From: Camelus dromedarius
Lineage: Eukaryota
DNA: 64,000 nucleotides
Direction of reading: 5' to 3'
NCBI RefSeq assembly: GCF_036321535.1
Contig: NC_087436.1
Span: 33,482,001 to 33,546,000, forward strand
Shown: in pieces, positions 26,440-37,270 of the stretch
Position numbering within the stretch: position 1 is the stretch's first letter
Layout: each line of letters begins with the position of its first letter
Position numbers and translations under genes: made by a program
Notes under the pieces: generated by a model
What the model was told of the DNA's origin: nothing
What the model saw: the letters and a program-made list of their open reading frames with translations, nothing else
The model's database searches: none

Positions 26440-26626
26440 CCTGTTTTGGGTTGTAGCCATTGGAGGGTTGAGTGAGCTTTAATCTTCAGAGAAAGCCCTG
26501 AGGCAGAAAACACAGAGCATGCCGGAGATGAGGTGCCCTTGGCATGTTCAGCATCGCCTGCCTGCAGCTGAAGTCAGAGGTGGCCCGGAGAGCACGTGAC
26601 ATGGGGCACAAAAAGCATCTGTCTGA
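26440..26626 (-). mobile_element. Ancient ERVL-class LTR fragment (LTR16/LTR33-like)
   Basis: Ends ...gaggtggcccggagagcacgtgacatggggcacaaaaagcatctg; the reverse complement resembles the 'tgt.gcagatgct..tggtgcccc' LTR start. Confidence 0.4.
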
Positions 26627-28109
26627 ATGACCAAATGGATTTATCTGATGATTCAAATTACAGCTAAAATATCAAAATATTAGAGATTATTTATTAGAAA
26701 CATCTATGATGTAGATATGTACATGTCAAACGAGGCCTCTCCACTTACAATATTTACATTCAAAATTAGAACCACTTTTCATATGAAATGACTATGTGCT
26801 TTTACAGCTAGATACCGAGAAGCTTTGTTTAGTGACTGTGGGCAATTCTGCTGTGAGGTATAGGTAAAGATCTTTAAGTTAACAATGAAATGGAAAAATT
26901 TAAATAAAGTATTTTGTTTGCCATACGTCAAGATTTTTTCCTTTCAAATATTCTGCAGAGGCTTAGGCAGAATTTGATTCTGTCCAAATTCAATTTGCTT
27001 ATTCTTTCATACCAAATGGAGTGATGTCAGGAAAACATAAAGGCTGTGTTGATTCTAGGCAGGCTCTTGGTTTGATATTGGTGAATTAAAGCAATAGAAC
27101 GGTGACTGCGTCTGTGATGAGTGGGTGAGGGTGAGAACAGAGTGCTGTAGAGATGACTGGCAACTGTCCACATATCACACGGCCATGAGCGCATTGTTCC
27201 TCAGACTTTTCCTCTGGCAGATGAAATGAGGTACATCCAGTGTTGGAAACATGTTTTTCAATATCTGTGCCTACTCTAACAGGAAGAAAGTCAAATTTTG
27301 TTTACCCATCTTGTCTGTATGTCACGCCAGTGCAGCTGCAAGTCTTGAATTTGTTTATTCTGAAGTTTGAGAGGAAGAGAGTGTCTAGACAAAAGAATGG
27401 TTTGTAGCTTCTTGCCATTGTCCATTAAAGGCAGCATGTTCTTTGTGCCATGGAGCTGCTGTTAGGTCTGTGCTCTCCAGATTACACTGAGGCTGTTTAA
27501 GTCGTAGATGCAGCGGTTCCCTCAGTGAGAAAGATACTGGGCATTCTGTCCTGCAACAAGAAAGCAAAGAACAAGAACAGTTACAGCTTTAAACATTTGA
27601 GAATGAGGGTCAAATTCTATTTTCTCCTTTTTCTTGCTGGCACAGGCACAAATGTGTAGATAAGTCCAAGAAAAATACAAAACATCCAAATATTATGAAC
27701 ATAAATCATGCTAGTCTCAAAATCCCTACAAGATACATCATACATAAAAGTTGGCTCACATGTCCTTCAGATGAAAATTAAAATGTTAAACAGCTTTGCA
27801 TATTCTATGACAAAGTTTGTTCAAAGATGTTGACTATTATTTAAACAAAAATAATTTGGCTATTTTGTTATGTTTGAGTAGAATTGGGAGGTTTCCTGAA
27901 GCTTACTTTCCTGTTTTGTTTTGTTTTGTTTTTTTAAGATGGCTATTTTTTTCATAGATTTGAATTATAGTGTTATATACAGTTGGTGTCTTTAAGAATA
28001 GTGTAGAGTTGTAATCTAAAGAAAACAACTGCTATTAGAAATCTAACTAGTAATATTAAGACTGTTCCAATACCAATATAGAGATAGGGCATAAAATTGC
28101 ATAAAAGTT

Positions 28110-28320
28110 AACAGATATATATTACTATATATAAAATAGATAAACAACAAGGACCTACTGTACGGCACAGGGAACTATATTCAGTTTCTTGTAATAACAT
28201 ATAATGGAAAAGGATCTAAAAAAATGCATGTATATGTGTAACTGAATCACTTTGCTGTACACGTGAAACTAACATTGTAAATCAACTACACTTCAATAAA
28301 AAATAATTTTTTTTAAAAAA
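28110..28320 (+). mobile_element. Cetartiodactyl L1 3' UTR, 5'-truncated
   Basis: ataaaatagataaacaacaaggacctactgtacggcacagggaactatattcag...actgaatcactttgctgtacacgtgaaactaacattgtaaatcaactacacttcaataaa. Confidence 0.92.
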
Positions 28321-29009
28321 TGCAATATTTCAAAATCCACAAGACAGGGAGTTGATTGGTATCAGAGAAGTGTGTCAGCAGGTAGCAGGAACTGTCAGAT
28401 AGGAATACCAGATGCTTAGCACCATGACATTAATCAGGGAATGTAGACATTAACTCAATTGCAATGAATTAAATAAGGAAACTTACCATTACTAAGGCAA
28501 AAGTTAAGAATTAAGATTGCAAGAACAAGTTAAGCATTAATTTATCAGACTGGATTATCAGATTAATAGTGGAAAAGTAACAAGGGACTAATTACAGACA
28601 ACTCAACATCAGTCTAGACCACCTAATAGATCACCTGGGATTAAAATAGAACCTCCTGACCTAGAAAATGGATTAGGAGGTTAGAGCTGAAGGGGAAAAA
28701 AAAGGCTATATATTTTTAAAAATGGCAAAGGCTGACATAATTAAAGATATATTTATTAAAGTCTGTGATTGCACATTGTTTGGATCATGAAATAATATAA
28801 ATATAAACTTATAAGTATATAATGAAACAAATTAGTATACTGTCTACATAATCTTAAAACATTGTCCTATGTCCTTGTTTTTTTCTGTGTCTGAGTAGCA
28901 TTACTTTAAACTGAGTACATTTAAACATTTAAATAGTTTTAATTAAAAAAAAAATTATGTCATGACAGCAAGTGGAAAATCTTTAGAGATATGATTAAAA
29001 ATAGCTGCA

Positions 29010-29035
29010 GAAATAAAATAAAAATAAAATAAAAT
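29010..29035. repeat. (AAAAT)n microsatellite
   Basis: aaataaaataaaaataaaataaaata seen directly. Confidence 0.8.
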
Positions 29036-29621
29036 ACAATAATATCATGAAATTTTTGCTAGATTCATTTGCTTGTCAACAGTGTAACTTCTGTGCCCTA
29101 TTATTGGTCTGTTAAAAGGAGATTAGCACATGCTTAGAGGATACTAATGAGTTTCCTCATTATATAGTCAGAAAGATTAAAAGTGAATAATTTCAAGGCT
29201 TTGTGGTTTAAAGTTATTTACATACAATGACTCTGCCTCCTCTAAGATCTTCTCCAGAATTACCAGAACCCACTTTTGGCAAGATGTTAATGGAGCAAAG
29301 ATGCTTCAATGCATGCAAATTTTAATCACTCTGGGTTCAAGGGAAAATGAATAACAGACAAAGAAAGAAATCCTAACCACAAATTTTTTACTCAACATTT
29401 TTTTCAAACATTAGCCAAATTCTTTCCCATAATTGATATTTAGGGTTCTTGTCTTTAACTATAGCATAAAAGCTCATCTACTGTAAAGTATATTTAAATA
29501 TTTGGGTTTTTCAAGTTTAGGTAAGAAGATTATGCTTATAAAGTTTTTTTTCTGCCAAATCTCTCTCCCTCTTTATCTTTTACACTTACTCTCTCGAGCA
29601 TGCATTTTTTCTTCTCTCTCT

Positions 29622-29668
29622 TAATCATGTAGTTAAAAAATCATGTAGTCAAAATCATATAGTTAATC
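29622..29668. repeat. Short tandem triplication of AATCATRTAGT
   Basis: aatcatgtagttaaaa aatcatgtagtcaa aatcatatagtt. Confidence 0.8.
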
Positions 29669-31028
29669 TCAGTAACTTTGACACATATATATTTAGAAAC
29701 AAAATTTTTAATTTAAAATAATATATTTCATGCCATGCATATTATTGATACTTAATGTTTTCTAAATATAAATCTAGTGCCTATACACAATTATTTTGCA
29801 AAATTTTCTACAAAATTAGAAGCTGAAAGGTGATAATAACTTCTCACTCTGAAGATATGTTGACTCAATGTCATGATAACACATGGGGAAATAGATATCC
29901 TCCTTTGAAATAGAAAGTTTAGAAATCACTTTTATTGGTGTCTCACTTTCTATTAAATTTAACCTGGAGATATTTTCAGCTTTAGTCAGGAAATTTAGCT
30001 TTCACCATTTATCAAGTCTTTCTTTGGAGATGTACATAAATTATTTCCAATTGGAATGAAATTCCTCTTTTCTATGGTAGGCACCTGTCTACGGTAACAA
30101 GACTAAGCCCACCACTTCATTATTCACATGCCGCATGGCAGATGGCAGATGACGATGACCTTCAGTCATTTTGTCCAGTGAGAGATTAAAGTTAGCTCAT
30201 AAATTGCCAATCTGCTGAGCCATCTGGTCTTTGACGGTGGACTTTTTTTTAAAGTCATTTACAAGGGTGAGGAAAATAATTTATTGACCACCTATATACT
30301 GTATATTAAAGACTGTCTTACAATGATAACTTGTAAACATTGTGGGATTTACAGTGGGAAGTTACTCTACAAATGCTCCCTGTGAAATTTATGAAGTATA
30401 TCTTGTACATATTTTTAGAATATTTTAAATCCTTTACTTTAGATGTATTGACATATGTTTTCTGCCATGGGAGTGAGTTGTGGTAGAGTATACATATGCT
30501 CCATGCGCACTCAAATAGTGAAGAACTTTTACTTAGAACTATCCATAAATTTCCCTGAACTAATTTTTGCCCTCTATGTAGGTAGTACATATACTTCTAA
30601 CCCTTAGGTATTTTGTAATTGTTGTTATTTTAAAAGTGGAATTGTAATAATTTACATCAGATTTAATACCCAGTGTTTATGTAACAGGATAAAAAATTTC
30701 AGTAAGTCCCCCATCTGACCTTGCTTTCAATCAGGTAATACTTTCTGTATTCTAAATATGAGGGTTTCTGAGAATAGTGGATCACCTATACAATAGTGGT
30801 GATTGTGGAAACTTAGGGCATTTTGTGGTTGTGAACACACAAAATTGGTGTTCACTATTATGAAATTTAGAGATTTCAGTTAACCACTTTACAATGAAAA
30901 CTAATGTGTATGTCAATTCTTAAATATGATGATTTAGACATATAATACTATAATCTTTGACACTTCCTAAAATTAATATAAACAATTGTTTTGTGAAAGT
31001 AATTAATACATGAAGGGAAAGCCAACTC

Positions 31029-31266
31029 TTTTTTTTTTAATTGAAGTATAGTCAGTTACAGTGTGTCAGTTTCTGGTGTACAGCCTAATGTCCCAGTCAT
31101 GCATATATAAACATGTATTTGTTTTCATATTCTTTTTCATTAAAGGTTATTACAAGATACTAAATATAGTTCCCTGTGCTATACAGGAGAAATTTGTTTA
31201 TCTATCTATTTTTATATGTAGTGGTTAACATTTGCAAATCTCAAACTCCCAAATTTATCCCTTCCT
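31029..31266 (-). mobile_element. Lineage-specific (camelid-like) L1 3' UTR, 5'-truncated
   Basis: Poly-T then aattgaagtatagtcagttacagtgtgtcagtttctggtgtacagcctaatgtcccagtcatgc...ttccctgtgctatacagg...aaactcccaaatttatccc; same subfamily as 6153. Confidence 0.9.
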
Positions 31267-32524
31267 TAAAATCAACTGCCTCCTTGGCAAGAAGGTGATA
31301 GGAATTACTTGTTTATTTGTCTTTTTTAATGTATCATTAATATTATTATTAATGTTGTTTTATAGAATAGGGATCAATCCTAGGAACAGTCTACATTTTT
31401 CTTTTATTTTCATTTTTCTCCTGTCCCCCCCACCCCTTGTTTTTTAATCCCAATTCCATGACTGCCAAATTGGTGATGGTCTCTGACTTTCAGGAGCTTG
31501 CCAAATGAGAGAAGTGTAAGCATGGTACTTGACTTTCTCTGTTTCCTGGCATTCCTTCTGGACACTGCCATTCACTGTGATTACACAGGTCTAAAAAGAT
31601 TTCACTCATGTCCATCTGTCTCCTGGCTGCAGGCAGATGTTGCATTTGCCATTGCTAAGGAGGGAAGACAATGGCCAACACTTACCAGAAGTTTAAGAAT
31701 CTAGGACTGAGGTTTAAGTAAAACTGTAAAATGTTATTTGACAAAAAACTGTGCATGTTTGGAAATGCTTTGTTATAAGACTCCTTTCTAATAGTCGTCT
31801 CCCCCTTCACCCTGTGTGTCAGGCAGCAGGGTGTCCTGAACTTCAGCCAGGCAGCTGCTCCACCTCCACGTTTCATGCACGTACCTACCACGTTAGCTGT
31901 CATTTACTTATTATCTTCCTTAACTTCCTTTAAGGTGAGTTGTTTGAGGCCTGAAGATTTTAATGTACGTTTTATTAGCAAACAGAAGACTAACATCATC
32001 ACCCACTAATACAGCTAAAAATAAATACAGTGAAAAGTAAAGAAATATAAAAGTTTATAGAGATATTGTTGTGTACCACAAGCTCTAGCCTGAGGCATTC
32101 TGTTTCTTTACTGGAAAGGGAAATTGTCAGACCCTTTTTCTTATTTCATAAACACTGACAGCGTTACTTATCTTAGAAGGAAGTAGAGATGACTGAATGA
32201 ATGTGTGTGCAAAAAGTTGTCCTGCAGCTATAAAGTACAGTTTCTTCAACAACCAACAGTCAGCATAACCGTTGAAGGAAGAACATCAAATGAAAATTTG
32301 GAGCTCTGGTCAGAGTACACTGACCTAGTGTGCTGCCTAGAGAATTTATTTGTATTCTTGATTTTTAAAAATATAAAGTCCATTATGACAAGTTGATGGT
32401 TCTATGACATATTTTTTCTTCTGCTTAAATTAGTTTTTCTTTTCTTCTTGGATTATTTTTAGAGCTGAATAAAATATATTATAAATTGGCATCAGTTTTA
32501 ATAAAACATAAAATTAATACATTC

Positions 32525-33075
32525 TTCGTAGAGTTGTATTTTCCCAAGATAACCTCAGTGAAATCTGCCATCTTACCTGCTCTTCTTACACCGTGAGGGC
32601 GACATTCAGAACTAGGCAGGGTTTTGTGACCTATTCCACTATGGGAGTACAGTGGGAGTGATGCTAAGTGATTTCTTGGGCAGATCATACAAGGCACCCA
32701 GCTGCCACACTGTTCACCAGCACTCTTGCACTGAAGCCTTGAGTTGCCATGCGACCCTGATGGCCCAGTGGGCTATGATGTGAAAAAGTCCAAACAAGCC
32801 CCCACAGAGAGACTACATGAAGAAGCTCTCAGAGGACAGAAGGGGAGAGAGGGCCGCACAGGCTCCAATTCCTCTGCATCCCACTCCGCATCCCCCTCCA
32901 CTATCTCCAGCCCAGCCTCCATCTGACAGCTACCATGTGAGAGACCCTGAGCCAGAGACACCAGCCAAGCCCTTCATGCAGAAACCATGAGTGAAAATCA
33001 AATCATTTTCATTGTTTCAAGTCTCTAAATTTTGGAGTCATTTGTTTGTTGTATAACCATAGCTAACAAGCATAG
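32525..33075 (+). mobile_element. MaLR solo LTR (MLT1G/H-like)
   Basis: Start gttgtattttcccaagata...catcttacctgctcttctt; internal tgagagaccctgagccagaga...agccaagccc; end ttgtttcaagtctctaaattttggagtcatttgtt...atagctaac. Confidence 0.8.
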
Positions 33076-36000
33076 CATCTAACATGACACAATTCTTGAT
33101 ATTTTTGTGCATACAGCCAGATGGTACAAATACTTTTTCTTTCCTTTCTCTTCCTCAAATGGCTATAGGCTACTCTTCTGTCTGGAAATCATTATTTCCT
33201 CAAATGTTACCTTCTAGTAATCCCAGGACCTGTTCTGTTGTTCTACAATTTTTTTCCTGCTTTTTTTTTTTCTTTATGTGTTCTGTTTTTCTTTCAATGA
33301 TAAAATACATGGGAAGTTCAAATACTTTTAATAGCTAATTTACAATAATTCTGAATTGCATATTATCTATTTTTTTAAGTTGAGATGGATTTTTTAATTA
33401 GTTTCACATTAAGAAAAATAAATCAGAAAATGCTGACATTGAAAGAAGCCCATAAAGAAAATGCTTGCAATCTTGAAGAAAGACTTTTCTAATCTCTAGT
33501 TAGAGGATATTTGCATTATTCTAATTTCCTTCTTCTTTGCAGAAGCCCAGAGAAGGGAAAAAAAAACTAGCAACAATAAATCACATTTTTAAACAAAAAA
33601 ACATTTTAGGGAAAAATAATTAATTAGGAAAATAGTTTTTAGTATTTATAAATAGCTGAACAACTACACCTAGAATACTACAGAATGATCAATATTAAAA
33701 GAAATGAAAGAATGGCTCAGGGAATATTATATTCTGTCATCATCTGGGGGAAAAATGGTTAAATTACACTTGGCAAAGTATCTGGAGTTATTAACAAAAG
33801 TTTAATATTTCTTGGTCTCGTTTCTCTCCAGTCAACCTCTTTCTCTACTTTTTTTTGTGTGTGTGTCTGTGTATGTGTGTGTTCATAATAAGTAGAAACA
33901 TTATCATATAAGCACCTGGTCCTTTTTGCTCTGAAAAATTTTCAACCAAAGCATCAATTTAAGAAGCAGTTTTGTTGGAAATAAGTTTTATATGTTTCTA
34001 TTTTTAACAGCTAAAAACAATAACTGACATAGCATTTTGTTTACTGGTTTATTTTTAGTTTGTTTGTTTTTTAAAGATAGACTCAAAATTTATTACAAAG
34101 GCTCTCTTAAAGATTCATTGTATGAGAGTCAGAGCCAAATGAAATATGAATTCATTTTGATACCTTCTGACCAGCAAGGGAGTAATGCATTCTACTTTCA
34201 TTGTTTCTGCTTGTTGTTAGTGCTTTTTTGTTGTTAGTTCTACAAATGTTGTTTACAGAAGTTTATCACCTGGATTGACTTCAGCATAAAGTCCGTCTGA
34301 TTTTGTGAGCTGTATTTTGCTTCACCATTTCAGCAGCAGGTGCAACTTACTCTTTCCGCACAGATCTTTGAAAGTTTGGCCCTTTAATAAACTCCTTTAA
34401 AGTGGAGACCTTCCTTCTTTTGTTAAAACTCCCCCTTTACATGGTATTTATTAGATTGCATGTTTCTACAGAACACAGACACACGCATGAGAGAGGAAGA
34501 GAATCAGAGGGAGCAGATTGGTTTCTCTGTTTCTAAACAGTCATAAGCATGTCCATCCATCCATCAGGACATCAGGATCAGGACATACCTATTCTCTAAA
34601 TATTATTTGTTTCAGGTAATTATAGTTAAATTCAGTAAAGACTGCAGTGATAGATCTTACCACATAGAAGCAAATACATGAAAAAAAAAAAGATTCTTTT
34701 CCTAATAGGGTGATATATATGCTAAAGCCATTGCTTTTCTGAGCTGTGGGATTGAGCATCCGTACATAATCATGCCCTTTGTGGCACTAACCTTTGTCAT
34801 CCTTGTATTATGTTTCTCCATGATTTGCTTATTCTTGATTCAGAAAAGAAAACCCGTTTCCAGTTCTAACAAAAAGATGATTGAAATTCTCACTGTATAT
34901 TTCTTTCCTCCAACCCTTGAAACATCAGAGCATATATAGTGGCTCATCAATGTCTCCAAAAATATCTTCCAAGAAAAGTTACTAGAATGAAAGTACTATG
35001 TGCACGTCTGGGCAAACTCTGAGGGTCCATTTAAGAAACTAAATCTCCTTCTTAGATGTACTACAGGGGCCCTCATAGCTGCTTCCACTATTTGTTTTTA
35101 TTTCCCCCTCCTCCCAAATTCATCTTACATTCTCAAGAAATGCTATTTCTAAGAGCACTATATAATTATATTGCCATGAAACTTCAAAAATTAGTATTTG
35201 TAAATTTCCCCTAATTACTCCCTCTTGAGTTAAAAGTTTTGAAAATTCAGAATGACTCTACCTCATGGTATGGAAATTTGTTCTAATCTTCTAGAACTTT
35301 CATTGTTTAAGTGTTCAAAATTACATAAAAAAGTAACTTTTTGTTGAAGACAGGTTTAAAATAGTCATTATAGTTTTTATAGTGCCCACAAATGTAGAGA
35401 ATTTAATTGCTGAGCATAGTATTAGTAAGGGCTAATAAAATGCTTTGTGCAGAATACAAAGGTTCATTTCAGTAGAAAATATTTTGAAATAATTTGCCTT
35501 CTACATTATTCCATGATGAGCAAGGGCATTGCCTGCTCTCAGAATTCAAATAAAACACATAATTTCAAGTTAACCTAAATTTGAGCCATATAAACATTTA
35601 ATTAAGAATGAATGAAATATTGTACTTGAACAAAATATAAATAAAAAGCATCTGTTGGGCAATTCTGAAAGACGAACTGTATTACATTCTGTTACAGGCA
35701 TTTTTAAAATAAATGTATAGCATAATTCAAAATGGCAGACATTTTTCTTATAAATACTGCCAACTATTTTTATAGATAGTGTTATTTTAGAATGCTACCT
35801 ACATCTTGCCAAAGTACATACCAAATAATCTTTTTTTTTCCTCTAGACTGACTCCACCCATACTGCAAAATTTGACTTTTGTTAGGAAGTTAGAGTAAGA
35901 GCTAACATTACCTACTGAGTGAGCACCAGACTGAATCATTTTCACTTCATACAATGATCATCTCTCACTCAAATTTTTAAAGTCACTTTTGGTAATTTAC

Positions 36001-36229
36001 TCAAAAAGACATCTGTTTTCACTTTCAAATACAATCCTTAAAAACGATGAAAATGCAGCTACAGATTAATGCAAAAGAGTTTTTGGTGAGTTACTATTAC
36101 TGAAATCTATAGAGGATATTGTTAAAAATCCCTAACAATTTAATTTTTTAAAAAATCTTTTTAACTGGCTGGTTTACACTGGAGTCTTTGCTTGTTCTTT
36201 TCTATGTGAAATTTTCAGACTAAAGTTCA

Positions 36230-36739
36230 ATTTATTTTTGTTTTTAAACTCACCTAATTAAGATAAAATTTACATGTAATAAAATTTACCATTTTAAGTG
36301 TATGATTCAGAGTTTTGGCGAAGGTGTACAGCTTTGTAACCACCTCCACAGTCAGGGTATAGAACATTTTTATCACTCCAGAACAGTTCTGCTGTACCCA
36401 CCCCCTGCCGTAGTAAATCCACTCCCCTCATCACAGCCCATGGCAGCCACTGATCTGATTTCTCCCTCTAGTCTTGCATTTTCCAGAATGCCATATAAAT
36501 GGTTTTATATACTATGTAACCTTTTGTGTCTGGTTTCTTTCTCTGAACAAAATGCTTTTGAGATTCATCAGGATTGTTGCATGTAGTCACAATTCACTTC
36601 TTTTAACTGCTAAGTAGCATTTCACCATATTGATATACCACTATTAGTTTATTAATTCACTGGTTGATTGCTTCTGATTTCTGGCTAATTTGAATAATGT
36701 TACTTTGAATATTGGAATATCGATCTAACTGTGAACACG
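36230..36739 (-). mobile_element. L1 3' end (L1MB-like), left part; host of the ERV-L insertion
   Basis: aaatttaccattttaagtgtatgattcag...tgtaaccacctccac...tagaacattttt...gagattcatcaggattgttgcatgtag; continues co-linearly at 40705. Confidence 0.85.
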
Positions 36740-37245
36740 TGTATTGGTCAGGGTTCTCCAGAGAAGTAAAACCAAATGGTACTGATAGAATTTAGCCTGT
36801 TGTTAACTTTTCAGTCTCTATTAAGGCCCAGTAGGAGGGCAAGAGCTGTTTCTCAAAAGGGGAATAGTTATCAGCAGAGTATGACAGGGTTTTGCTCCAA
36901 AATCCTAAGGGCCTAAACTATGATTAATAAAACCTTCAAACATTTCTACTTTAGATAACCATGATGACATTACTCCACACTGTGGGTGCAGCTATGAGGA
37001 AGAGGAGCAGAGGTTTTCTCCTTTGTGGTTTCATTGTTAATTGACTTTGGAGGTGGTGAAGTGAATGAAGTTTGTGTTGGTCAACCTATAGGAGCTTGTG
37101 TTGGTCATCCTATAGGAGCCTTCCCTGTTCTGGGTCTCACTCAAAACTAGTAGCTTTTAGGTTTACTCAGTAAATGGACCAAAGTACCACACCCAAATGA
37201 GGAATATGTTGCCTCAAAATCCAAAAAAGCCCAGTAGGTGGTTTT

Positions 37246-37270
37246 TGTTGGTTGGTTGGTTGGTTGGTTT
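37246..37270. repeat. (TTGG)n microsatellite inside ERV pol
   Basis: gttggttggttggttggttggtt seen directly. Confidence 0.85.

Noticed and set aside
30829..30854. Hairpin GTGAACAC-N9-GTGTTCAC
   Set aside because: An 8-bp stem is expected by chance in 64 kb and is too short for a pre-miRNA.
36960..37030. Functional C/D-box snoRNA (ATGATGA box C)
   Set aside because: No properly placed CTGA box D or terminal stem, and it lies inside an ERV; kept only as a weak note in the insert finding.
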